47,341 nt of DNA. Origin: a bacterium. Its GTDB lineage: Bacteria; Patescibacteriota; Minisyncoccia; UBA6257; GWB1-50-10. Shown here in pieces: positions 36,568 through 45,110 of the stretch. The notes under the pieces were generated by a model. It searched no databases, had not been told where the DNA came from, and saw only the letters and a program-made list of their open reading frames with translations. The stretch covers positions 1 to 47,341 of the forward strand of contig JAKANQ010000004.1 in assembly GCA_021812365.1 (NCBI GenBank), given 5' to 3'. Position 1 is the first letter of the stretch, and each line of letters begins with the position of its first letter. Made by a program: the position numbers and the translations under genes.

Positions 36568-37305
36568 ATGCAAGAAAAAAAGGGATACATATGGGCGGCT
36601 TCGGTGCTTGGGGTGGCGTTGATCGTAGGGCTTGGAATACTCGGCTATTTCATCGCCTCGAATCGCACCACTAATACGATAACCGTGACGGGGTCTTCAA
36701 AGATGCATGTGACCTCCGACCTCGCGAAGTGGGATGCGAATTTCACCTTGCGCGCGAATCTCACCAATCTGAAAGATATGCTTGAGAAGGCGAGCGCGAA
36801 TACCGACAAAATTCGCCAGTTCATCGTTGCGCGCGGCATTGATGCAAGCGCCATCACATTTCTTCCGATACAGACCGACCCCGTGTATGACATGGGAAAG
36901 GGCTATGGCGGTTCGCAGGACGTGATCGGATATAACGTGCGCCAGGAGGTGCGCGTGGAGAGCGGCGATATCGCGAAGATTGAAGACCTCGCGACGAATG
37001 CAAAGAGTTTGGTGGACCAGGGAATCGTGCCCGAGTATCAGCGCACCGATTATCTTTATACGAAACTTTCCGACCTTAGACCCCAATTATTCGCTGAGGC
37101 GACAAAGGACGCGCTTACGCGCGCAAAGGCGATTGCTGCGGGAACGGGTGTGCGCGTAGGAGCGCTCCGCAGCGCGAGGACGGGCGTGATACAGATTCTT
37201 GCACCGAACTCAACGGACATCGCGGACTACGGTGCATATGACCTTTCAACAAAAGAAAAGGACGCGAGTGCGACAGTGACCGTTTCGTTCGAGCTTCTTC
37301 CGTAA
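36568..37305 (+). CDS. SIMPL (DUF541) domain protein
   Basis: 'TITVTGS....V.SDLA.W', 'EATKDA..RA.AIA', 'V.VSF'. Confidence 0.85.
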   Translation: MQEKKGYIWAASVLGVALIVGLGILGYFIASNRTTNTITVTGSSKMHVTSDLAKWDANFTLRANLTNLKDMLEKASANTDKIRQFIVARGIDASAITFLPIQTDPVYDMGKGYGGSQDVIGYNVRQEVRVESGDIAKIEDLATNAKSLVDQGIVPEYQRTDYLYTKLSDLRPQLFAEATKDALTRAKAIAAGTGVRVGALRSARTGVIQILAPNSTDIADYGAYDLSTKEKDASATVTVSFELLP

Positions 37306-37334
37306 AAAAAGCCCCCGCATTGTGCGGGGGTTTT
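37304..37334. terminator. Bidirectional terminator, CCCCGC family
   Basis: A7-GCCCCCGCA-TTG-TGCGGGGGT-TTT between convergent genes. Confidence 0.85.
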
Positions 37335-37340
37335 GTGTTT

Positions 37341-37976
37341 CTATTCTTCCGAAATATCCACTTCCGGCTTTCCCGGAAGTTCGTGGCACGTATGGCAGCG
37401 AGCCTGATACGATTCCTTGCCGCCGACCTGCACCTGATCAGCGCTGTAATGCGCGGGCAGACCGTCGATAAGGCGTTGGGGCAGATGCGCGGGCTTGCCG
37501 CACAGTGCGCAGTACGAATGGAGCAGCGTCACGTTGTGCATGCCATCGCAGAGGCCGATGAGCGAGAGTGTTGAGCCGAAAGGCTCGCCACGAAAGTCGA
37601 GGCGTAGACCCGCGCAGATGACGTCGTACCCGAGCTCAAGGAGTCTGTCCACCACGAGGTAGATGCGGGACTTCTGCGAAAAAAACTGAATCTCGTCGAT
37701 GGCAATAATGTCGGGAAGTTCGTCTTCCTTAATTTCATAGTTAACCGCATCAAAAATGCGGCGCGCATTATCTGCCGGCACTTCAATGGCCGGCATTACG
37801 CGCCCGTGAAAATTCTTGAGTTGGCATCTACCACTTCGCGTATCAATGGTGGGCTTCAATACCAGCACATGTTTTCGTCCATGCTTTCGCATGATGTCGA
37901 TTCGGTTCATGAGCTCGGTTGTTTTGCCTGCGAACATATTGCCCATAATAAGATGAAGCGTTCCTCGAGTTGCCAT
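37341..37976 (-). CDS. tdk: Thymidine kinase
   Basis: 'GNMFAGKTTEL', 'IDEIQFF', 'GLRLDFRGEPF', C..C, 'VGGKESYQARCHTCH'. Confidence 0.95.
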   Translation of the reverse strand: MATRGTLHLIMGNMFAGKTTELMNRIDIMRKHGRKHVLVLKPTIDTRSGRCQLKNFHGRVMPAIEVPADNARRIFDAVNYEIKEDELPDIIAIDEIQFFSQKSRIYLVVDRLLELGYDVICAGLRLDFRGEPFGSTLSLIGLCDGMHNVTLLHSYCALCGKPAHLPQRLIDGLPAHYSADQVQVGGKESYQARCHTCHELPGKPEVDISEE

Positions 37977-37979
37977 GAA

Positions 37980-38054
37980 TCCTCCTTATGGATCTGTGTT
38001 TGATTCGTTGTTAAAAAACTACCTTCATAAAAGCATAAACGGCATGTTTTGCAA
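37980..38054 (-). promoter_or_regulatory. Promoter (weak -10), boxA-like motif and SD (module G)
   Basis: Minus strand TTGCAA; GTTTTTTAACAAC (38019-38007); AAGGAGGA. Confidence 0.55.
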
Positions 38055-38096
38055 ATAACCAATTGGAGATATAGCATTACGGTATCGAGAGAACGT

Positions 38097-39299
38097 ATGA
38101 AAAAGATATATTCGCATATTCCCGAGAACCCGGGCGTCTACTTCATGAAGGATGCCAAAGGAACCATTCTCTATATAGGAAAGGCGGGCAATTTGAAACG
38201 GAGAGTTTCGAGCTATTTTTTGCGCCCGCATGACGCGCGCATTCAGAAACTGGTGAGTCTTATAAAAGCGATTGATTACCGAGAGACCGACAGCGCGCTT
38301 GAGGCGCTTATCTTGGAGTCCGCACTCATCAAGAAATACCAGCCACAATTCAATATTCGAGAAAAAGATGATAAGAGCTTCCTCTATGTGGTCATTACCG
38401 ATGAGGAATATCCGCGCGTCCTTTTGGCTCGCGGAAAGGAGGTGTTGGAAGGGAAGTACAAAAAGACGTTTGGTCCCTTCGTGGTCGCGTCCAATGTGCG
38501 CGAGGCATTGCGTATCTTGCGGAAACTGTTTCCGTGGCACACGCATGACCCCGAGAAGATAGGCACCTATAAGCGCCCCTGCTTCGATTATGAGGTTGGC
38601 ATCTGTCCCGGCGTGTGCGTGGGCGCGATAGGCAAGAAGGAGTATGCGAAGACTATCAAGAATCTCGCACTTTTCTTCGAGGGGAAAAAGGACAAGATTC
38701 TCATCTCACTTAGAAAGGATATGAGTGCTGCGAGCAAAAAACAGGAATACGAAAAAGCGGAATCGATAAAGAGGAAGATATTCGCATTGCAACATATTCA
38801 GGATACCGCGCTCATCAGCGATGATGAGATAGTGTCGCTTACGGGACGCAACGCGCGCGCGATACGCATAGAGGGATATGACATCTCGAACATTTCCGGC
38901 GTTTCCGCGGTGGGGTCCATGGTGGTGTTCGTGAATGGGGTGCCCGATAAGAATGAGTACAGGAAGTTCAAGATTCGAACGGTGGAAGGTCCGAACGATA
39001 TCGCAATGCTGCGCGAGGTGCTTACGCGAAGATTCGACAATAAATGGACCTTGCCTGACCTTCTCTTGATAGATGGTGGAAAGGGACAGGTGAATGTGGC
39101 AAATGAAGTGCTCAATGAACTTGGATTCACAATTCCCGTGGTGGGACTCGCAAAAGGTGCGGAACGAAAGAGAAATGACCTTATAGGAACACTTCCTTCG
39201 GGAATAGAGCTTAGTACTCTCATCAAGGTTCGCGATGAGGCGCACCGATTCGCGGTCGCATATCATAAAAAGGTTCGTAGCGGTGCCTTCTTTAAATAA
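38097..39299 (+). CDS. uvrC: Excinuclease ABC subunit C (no C-terminal HhH domain)
   Basis: 'PGVYFM...YIGKA.NLK.RVSSYF', Cys cluster, 'IEGYDISN', 'LIDGGKGQ', 'RDEAHRFA'. Confidence 0.93.
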   Translation: MKKIYSHIPENPGVYFMKDAKGTILYIGKAGNLKRRVSSYFLRPHDARIQKLVSLIKAIDYRETDSALEALILESALIKKYQPQFNIREKDDKSFLYVVITDEEYPRVLLARGKEVLEGKYKKTFGPFVVASNVREALRILRKLFPWHTHDPEKIGTYKRPCFDYEVGICPGVCVGAIGKKEYAKTIKNLALFFEGKKDKILISLRKDMSAASKKQEYEKAESIKRKIFALQHIQDTALISDDEIVSLTGRNARAIRIEGYDISNISGVSAVGSMVVFVNGVPDKNEYRKFKIRTVEGPNDIAMLREVLTRRFDNKWTLPDLLLIDGGKGQVNVANEVLNELGFTIPVVGLAKGAERKRNDLIGTLPSGIELSTLIKVRDEAHRFAVAYHKKVRSGAFFK

Positions 39300-39314
39300 T
39301 CTATAATAAGTCTA

Positions 39315-40163
39315 ATGCCCAAAACGGATGTACTGATAGGAGCTCATGTTTCAGGTGGAATCGCCGATTGTATCGATGGTGCGGAAGCTATTGGCGCACG
39401 AACCATTCAGATCTTCGGCGCGTCTCCGAGAATGTGGCGTACGAAGATGCCGAGCGAGCGTGAGGTTTCAGAATACAAGAAAAAGCTCAATGCGAGCTCC
39501 GTGCAGTCGGTCTACCTGCATGCGGCATATTTGGTGAATCTTGCGAGCTCGTCCGCGGATATCTATGCCTTCTCTGCGCAAAGTCTCGCGGATCATTTGA
39601 AGATTGCGGAGATGCTCGGTGCGGAGGGCGTCATCTTTCACCTCGGTTCCTCAAAAGGAGGTGAGAGAGATGAGGCGTTCACAAAGGAAGTTGCGGCGAT
39701 AAAGAAGATACTTCAATTAGTTCCCGGAAAGGCGAGTCTTATTATGGAAAATGCCGCGGGGGGCGGAGATAAGATAGGCGCTACCATTGCGGACATCGCC
39801 CGTCTTTTTCGCGAAGTGAAGTCGTCACGGTTGAAGGTCTGCTATGATACCGCGCACGGGTTTGAAGCGGGTCTCGTCCAGTCGTACACCAAAGAAAGTG
39901 TGAAGAAGCTTTTTGATGAATTTGATAAGGAAATCGGTCTGAAGCATCTCGTCGCGATACACGCAAATGATTCGAAGACGGAGGCGGGTTCGAATCATGA
40001 TAAGCATGAGAACATCGGCGAGGGATATATCGGCCTTGATGGGTTCAAGGCGCTCGCGGGCGATGTGCGATTGCATGACAAGGCGTGGCTTCTTGAGGTC
40101 CCCGGATTCGATGAGATGGGGCCCGATAAGAAGAACATCGAGATCTTGAAATCTTGTTTTTAA
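39315..40163 (+). CDS. nfo: Endonuclease IV
   Basis: 'GAHVS', 'HAAYLVNLAS', 'ENAAG', 'DTAH', 'HANDSK', 'DKHENIGEG'. Confidence 0.95.
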   Translation: MPKTDVLIGAHVSGGIADCIDGAEAIGARTIQIFGASPRMWRTKMPSEREVSEYKKKLNASSVQSVYLHAAYLVNLASSSADIYAFSAQSLADHLKIAEMLGAEGVIFHLGSSKGGERDEAFTKEVAAIKKILQLVPGKASLIMENAAGGGDKIGATIADIARLFREVKSSRLKVCYDTAHGFEAGLVQSYTKESVKKLFDEFDKEIGLKHLVAIHANDSKTEAGSNHDKHENIGEGYIGLDGFKALAGDVRLHDKAWLLEVPGFDEMGPDKKNIEILKSCF

Positions 40164-40498
40164 TGATGAGATTGCTGAATAAGACGAAACATATCGTGCT
40201 TGCGGAAGATATACGCACGGCCGAAACACTCGCGGAAAAAGCGAAGGGACTTTTGGGGAAGGAGCAGCCTGAAGCCCTCTATCTTGAAACGCGGTTTGGG
40301 ATTCATACGTTCGGGATGAAGTTTTCCATTGATTGCGCGGTTCTTGATGATTCGTTCGCGGTAAGGGCTCTGCGAACACGCATGCATCCGAACAGGATGT
40401 TCTTTTGGAATCCTCGATTTTCCCGTGTGGTAGAGTTGCCCGAGGGCACGCTTTCTCACACGGGAACGGCGATTGGCGATATATTGGCGCTTGAATGA
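40163..40498 (+). CDS. DUF192 family protein
   Basis: 'A.T..EK.KGLLG', '[11 protein letters not shown]', 'VVELP.G'. Confidence 0.85.
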   Translation: MMRLLNKTKHIVLAEDIRTAETLAEKAKGLLGKEQPEALYLETRFGIHTFGMKFSIDCAVLDDSFAVRALRTRMHPNRMFFWNPRFSRVVELPEGTLSHTGTAIGDILALE

Positions 40499-40520
40499 GC
40501 GTTATGATATTATTTTTCGC

Positions 40521-41024
40521 ATGGAAATAAATAAGGATGGGAAAGTATTTATTGGGCTCATCGTCGTTCTTATAGTCGCCATTGTCGGTGTGGTGTATAA
40601 GATAACGAAGCCTTCCTCGGGTTCTCCGGTAAGCGTCACGTCGAATAATAATCAACCTATAACTATGAACGTCACAACACAGCCGGTTTCATCAAATGAC
40701 GGTTTGCAGATAACGGATGAGGTGGTAGGAACGGGAGCGGAAGCGGTCGCGGGAAAGAAGGTCACCGTGCACTATGTCGGCACTTTGACCGACGGAAAGA
40801 AGTTCGACAGTTCTTGGGACAGGGGCACTCCGTTCACCTTCGATCTTGGCGCAGGCCAGGTCATCAAGGGATGGGATGAAGGAGTTTCGGGAATGAAGGT
40901 CGGCGGAAAGAGAAAATTGGTGATTCCTCCCGCGCTTGCATACGGCAATCGTGAGGCGGGAAATGGTTTAATTCCCGCGAATTCAACACTCGTCTTCGAG
41001 ATTGAATTGCTCAATGTGCAATAA
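40521..41024 (+). CDS. FKBP-type peptidyl-prolyl isomerase
   Basis: '[33 protein letters not shown]', '[14 protein letters not shown]'. Confidence 0.96.
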   Translation: MEINKDGKVFIGLIVVLIVAIVGVVYKITKPSSGSPVSVTSNNNQPITMNVTTQPVSSNDGLQITDEVVGTGAEAVAGKKVTVHYVGTLTDGKKFDSSWDRGTPFTFDLGAGQVIKGWDEGVSGMKVGGKRKLVIPPALAYGNREAGNGLIPANSTLVFEIELLNVQ

Positions 41025-41040
41025 TCTTTTTGCATCAATG

Positions 41041-41071
41041 AAAAACACCCGTGCATCACGGGTGTTTTTTT
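41041..41071. terminator. Intrinsic terminator
   Basis: AAAAACACCCGTG-CAT-CACGGGTGTTTTT. Confidence 0.85.
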
Positions 41072-41107
41072 ATGCAAGCTAGTAATGAGGTATACTTAGA
41101 CTATTAT

Positions 41108-42751
41108 ATGGGAGAAGAAGAATTAAAGAAGGTTATACAAGGGGATGTGCTCATTGATGACACAACGCGTGCTCACTATAGCCGTGATGCGAGTATTTTT
41201 GAGGTAACGCCTTCTTTCGTGGTATTTCCCAAAGATGCGGAAGACGTGAAGCATCTGGTGAAGCTTGTGAGTGAGGCGAAGGGGAGGGGCGATGATGTTT
41301 CGCTCACCGCGCGTTCCGCGGGGACCGATATGGGTGGAGGGCCTCTCACCGAGTCCATCGTCATGGACTTCACGAAATATTTTAAGAAGACTTCCGATGT
41401 AAGTGTGAAGAATAATGAGGGATATATTACTTCCGAACCTGGCGTATTCTATCGTGATTTTGAAAAGAAAACGTTGGAAAGCGGATATCTTCTTCCTTCG
41501 TATCCCGCCTCGCGCAGTTTGTGCGCTATAGGCGGCATTGTGGCAAATGATTCGGGGGGTGAGAAGACGCTTAAATACGGGAAGACGCACGATTACGTGG
41601 AACGGTTAAATGTGGTTCTCTCGGATGGCGAGCTTCATGAGATAAAAGCGCTCACTCCTCAAGAATTGGCGGAGAAGGAGCAATTACACACATTTGAGGG
41701 CGAGGTCTATCGCAAAATGCATGCGTTGCTTGAAACGAACTATGATGCGGTCCATGCCGCAAAACCGAACGTGTCGAAAAATTCGGCGGGGTATGACCTA
41801 TGGAATGTGTGGGATAGAAAGCGATTTGATCTTACAAAATTATTCGTGGGATCGCAGGGCACGCTTGGCATCGTTACGGAGGCGGAATTTCGTTTGGTGA
41901 AGACAAAGCCATATTCGGGAATGCTCGTGGTCTTTTTGAAAGATTTCAATTCCATCATACCTGTAGTGAAGGAGGTGTTGCCATTCAAACCTTCAAGCTT
42001 TGAATCATTTGATGACAAGACATTCAAACTTGCGCTCAAATTCTTATGGGGCTTCATAACAATATTGGCAAAGAATCCATTCTCGCTTGCATTCTCATTC
42101 TTGCCTGAGTTTTTCCTTGTGCTTACCAAAGGAATGCCGAAGCTTATCCTTCTTGTTGAATTTGAGGAAGATACCGAGGAGGCGGTCATTGAAAAGATAG
42201 ATGGGCTCAAGAAAAAACTTGAACCGCTCCACCTTACCATGCGCGTCGCGAAGACAAGGGAAGAGTCGGATAAATATTGGGCGATACGCCGCGAGAGCTT
42301 CAATCTGTTACGCCAGCGCGTGAAGGGGATGCAAGCGGCGGCTTTCGTCGATGACATCATCGTGCGTCCCGAATTCATTCCCGAATTCTTGCCGAAGCTC
42401 TATCAGATACTTGATAAGTATGAGTTCTTCTCCACGGTTGCGGGACATATGGGCGATGGAAACTTCCACATCATTCCGCTTCTCAAGCTTGCGAATGAAT
42501 CCGACCGAATGAAGATTCATCCCGCGATGGATGAGGTCTATACGTTGGTCTTAAGCTATGGGGGATCCATCACCGCAGAACATAACGACGGGCTTATTCG
42601 AAGTCCGTATCTCACGCAGATGTTCGGAGAAAAGATTACGAATTTATTTGCAGAGGTGAAGACCATCTTCGATCCCAATGGCATCTTCAACCCGAGAAAG
42701 AAAGTGGGAGCGAGCATCGAGTATGCGATGGCGCATATAAAGAAAAGCTAA
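41108..42751 (+). CDS. FAD-linked oxidoreductase (GlcD / D-lactate dehydrogenase type)
   Basis: 'RSAGT..GG', 'GSQGTLGIVT', 'GHMGDGNFH', 'AEHNDG', 'FDPNGIFNP.K'. Confidence 0.9.
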   Translation: MGEEELKKVIQGDVLIDDTTRAHYSRDASIFEVTPSFVVFPKDAEDVKHLVKLVSEAKGRGDDVSLTARSAGTDMGGGPLTESIVMDFTKYFKKTSDVSVKNNEGYITSEPGVFYRDFEKKTLESGYLLPSYPASRSLCAIGGIVANDSGGEKTLKYGKTHDYVERLNVVLSDGELHEIKALTPQELAEKEQLHTFEGEVYRKMHALLETNYDAVHAAKPNVSKNSAGYDLWNVWDRKRFDLTKLFVGSQGTLGIVTEAEFRLVKTKPYSGMLVVFLKDFNSIIPVVKEVLPFKPSSFESFDDKTFKLALKFLWGFITILAKNPFSLAFSFLPEFFLVLTKGMPKLILLVEFEEDTEEAVIEKIDGLKKKLEPLHLTMRVAKTREESDKYWAIRRESFNLLRQRVKGMQAAAFVDDIIVRPEFIPEFLPKLYQILDKYEFFSTVAGHMGDGNFHIIPLLKLANESDRMKIHPAMDEVYTLVLSYGGSITAEHNDGLIRSPYLTQMFGEKITNLFAEVKTIFDPNGIFNPRKKVGASIEYAMAHIKKS

Positions 42752-42760
42752 CGAAAGTAC

Positions 42761-42785
42761 AAAAAGCCCCGCATGTGCGGGGCTT
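42761..42785. terminator. Terminator, CCCCGC family (U-tract on minus strand)
   Basis: AAAAAGCCCCGC-ATGT-GCGGGGCTT. Confidence 0.8.
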
Positions 42786-42788
42786 ACG

Positions 42789-43082
42789 CTATAAACGCTG
42801 AGGAGGAATGACGTGAAAGTTATTCTGAATGAGTACCGTATTACTTCCTGTGTATCGTTCGCCTTTCCAGATAAGAGTGAGGCCATCGCGAAAGACGTGG
42901 ATGACATCCATTCCAATCTCCGTCTTGAGAAGAAACAGATTCATGCGTCCGCTTTTTTCAAGGATTGCCTCATGCGTGTGGACGAACGTATACAAGCTGT
43001 AAAAATTCATGAAGCAGCACTCCTTCATCTTCTCAGCTGTCGCATTGGCAACACACTCAAATCTGATGGTACCGCCGTTCAT
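42789..43082 (-). CDS. Orphan 97-aa protein (module I)
   Basis: ATG 43082 (MNGGTIRFEC) with GGAGG, own promoter and terminator. Confidence 0.6.
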   Translation of the reverse strand: MNGGTIRFECVANATAEKMKECCFMNFYSLYTFVHTHEAILEKSGRMNLFLLKTEIGMDVIHVFRDGLTLIWKGERYTGSNTVLIQNNFHVIPPQRL

Positions 43083-43087
43083 CGTTG

Positions 43088-43142
43088 CCTCCACTATATG
43101 AAGTTCTTTGTGCATAGTGGCACAAAACAAGGGGAGCGTCAA
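43088..43142 (-). promoter_or_regulatory. Promoter, degenerate boxA-like motif and SD (module I)
   Basis: Minus strand TTGACG-17-CACTAT; GAACTTCATATA; GGAGG. Confidence 0.5.
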
Positions 43143-43164
43143 AAGAAAGGAGGTGGAGTATTCG

Positions 43165-43277
43165 TTGACAAACGTCAATTTATGTGATAAAATACGTTTG
43201 TTCGTAATGAACATTAACAACTGAGCAATCGTGCTCATTTTCCCACTTTTCACGCGACGTGTTCGCGGTATGGAGGA
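43165..43277 (+). promoter_or_regulatory. Promoter, boxA-like motif, hairpin and SD (module H)
   Basis: TTGACA-17-TAAAAT; GAACATTAACAAC 43209-43221; TGAGCA-ATCG-TGCTCA-TTTT; GGAGGA 43272-43277. Confidence 0.75.
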
Positions 43278-43282
43278 AGTAC

Positions 43283-43723
43283 ATGGGAAGCATGGTAAGT
43301 GTTGCCGAGCAGTGCGGCATTCATCCCTACAGTGAGGGAGCACTCACTGTCGTGCGCCATAGGCGGAATCCGATTGAGTCTTGGAATCCTCGGCGCGTAC
43401 AGTCCTACTACACGCAATCCCAATCCGACAGCCGACTCGTGAGCGGCCACAAGCTGTGGAAGGAACTCGATGGGATGAACAATCTGAACATCGAGGTCTT
43501 CAACTGGTTCTGGAGCAACAAGTTCTTCTTTCCGCTCGAGTGGTGTGAGCGCAAGAACGGGAAGCCTGTCTTCGTCTTCTTCTGGGGAACGATTCTTCTG
43601 ACCTCGGATGGCAAACCGTGCGTGGCCTGCCTGTGGCGCGAGCCCAATGGTCTCCGGCGCGGCTACCGCCTCCTGGATTCCATGTTCGATGCCAACAGCC
43701 CGGCGGCTCAGTACACGTTCTAA
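43283..43723 (+). CDS. Hypothetical aromatic-rich protein
   Basis: SD-supported ATG 43283; strong C/G third-position bias; 'P.EW...VFFWGTI...DG..CV.CL...PAA'. Confidence 0.75.
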   Translation: MGSMVSVAEQCGIHPYSEGALTVVRHRRNPIESWNPRRVQSYYTQSQSDSRLVSGHKLWKELDGMNNLNIEVFNWFWSNKFFFPLEWCERKNGKPVFVFFWGTILLTSDGKPCVACLWREPNGLRRGYRLLDSMFDANSPAAQYTF

Positions 43724-43728
43724 TCATC

Positions 43729-43768
43729 AGCCCTCTACGAAATACGTTTCGTAGAGGGCTCTTTCTTT
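43729..43768 (+). terminator. Intrinsic terminator
   Basis: AGCCCTCTACGAAA-TACG-TTTCGTAGAGGGCT-CTTTCTTT. Confidence 0.85.
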
Positions 43769-43822
43769 ACTTAATTGTTTTTTTATTGTACATTAATGCG
43801 ACTCTCACTAGGAGGAGGAATC

Positions 43823-45055
43823 ATGTTTGAAATAGTAAAGAACGATACAAAGACAAGAGCGAGAGTAGGCACTTTAACAGTTCCGCATGGCGGAAAACTT
43901 CTTACTCCCGCGTTCACCATGGTCGGCACTCGCGCGAAAGTGATTTCGCTCGAACCGAACGACCTCGTGCGCACGAATACGGGCATCGTCATTTCCAATA
44001 CGTACCATCTTTGGAGAGGGCTCGGAGAAAGACTTCCCGAGTTCAAAGGGCTCCATACGGTGATGGGATACGATGGAGTGATCGCGACCGATTCGGGCGG
44101 TTTCCAGGTGTTCTCACTTGGATTCGGCCGTGAGCACGAAGTTTCAAAAATAGGATTTTTTCCCGAGGAGGAAAAGACGCCGGGATTTCTTTCGGACCTT
44201 TTCCTTCAGATTCGCATCTGGCTCGGCATCAAGCATTCGCGCAATTCAGTGCGCGTGATGCCTTGGGGCGCGTATTTCAAGGATGAGAATTACGGCGATG
44301 AGCGATCGGTCTTTTTGAACGCAACGAAATCGATAATGCTTCAAGAAAAACTTGGCGCTGATATCATTTTGGCATTCGATGAGTGCACCTCTCCGCGTCA
44401 CGGACGGCATTACACGAAGTGGGCGATGAAGCGCACTCACCGATGGGCGAAGAAGTGCCTTGCGGTGAAATCAAATCCGAATCAGCTCCTGTTCGGCATC
44501 GTGCAGGGCGGCGCGTTCGAAGATCTGCGCAAGGAAAGCGCGCGCACGATAGGCAGCATGCCGTTCGACGGATTCGCGATAGGAGGCTCGCTCGGTAATT
44601 CGAAGGAGGATATGTACCGTGTGCTTGAATGGAGCATGCCGTATCTTCCCGACGAGAAGCCGCGCCATCTTTTAGGCATTGGTCAGATTCGCGATATCTT
44701 TGAAGGTGTCGAACGCGGCATTGATACGTTTGATTGCGTCATCCCAACGCGTGAAGCGCGCCACGGCGCGATTTGGACATACGACGGGCGATACGACGTG
44801 ACCAAGGGCGCGAACAAGAATGCGGATGTTCCGCTCGCTCCCGATTGCGCGTGTCCCGCCTGCGCTTCTGGCATCACTCGCGCGAAACTTCACGAGCTCT
44901 TTAAGAATAAGGACAGGGAAGCGGGCAAGCTTGCCACGCTCCACAACGTCTATTTTTTCAACGACCTCATGAAGAGCATTCGGCAGGCGATCATGGAAGA
45001 CAGGTTTTCGGAATACAAGGAAGCCGCGCTCTCGCGCATCGAAAAGAAGAAGTAA
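43823..45055 (+). CDS. tgt: tRNA-guanine transglycosylase
   Basis: 'NTYHL', 'TDSGGFQVFSL', 'FDEC', 'GIVQGG', 'PRHLLGIG', 'DTFDCVIPTR.ARHG', C.C..C...H Zn site. Confidence 0.95.
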   Translation: MFEIVKNDTKTRARVGTLTVPHGGKLLTPAFTMVGTRAKVISLEPNDLVRTNTGIVISNTYHLWRGLGERLPEFKGLHTVMGYDGVIATDSGGFQVFSLGFGREHEVSKIGFFPEEEKTPGFLSDLFLQIRIWLGIKHSRNSVRVMPWGAYFKDENYGDERSVFLNATKSIMLQEKLGADIILAFDECTSPRHGRHYTKWAMKRTHRWAKKCLAVKSNPNQLLFGIVQGGAFEDLRKESARTIGSMPFDGFAIGGSLGNSKEDMYRVLEWSMPYLPDEKPRHLLGIGQIRDIFEGVERGIDTFDCVIPTREARHGAIWTYDGRYDVTKGANKNADVPLAPDCACPACASGITRAKLHELFKNKDREAGKLATLHNVYFFNDLMKSIRQAIMEDRFSEYKEAALSRIEKKK

Positions 45056-45060
45056 CATAC

Positions 45061-45087
45061 GCCCCCGCACTCGCGGGGGTTTTTCTT
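45061..45087 (+). terminator. Intrinsic terminator, CCCCGC family
   Basis: GCCCCCGC-ACTC-GCGGGGGT-TTTT. Confidence 0.85.
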
Positions 45088-45110
45088 GTCGTTACGGTAT
45101 AATGAAATCA

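Noticed and set aside
42813-43187. 124-aa + strand ORF
   Set aside because: Runs over two divergent promoters; the minus-strand ORF 42789-43082 has promoter, SD and terminator. Not fully excluded, since GAGGAGG precedes its GTG
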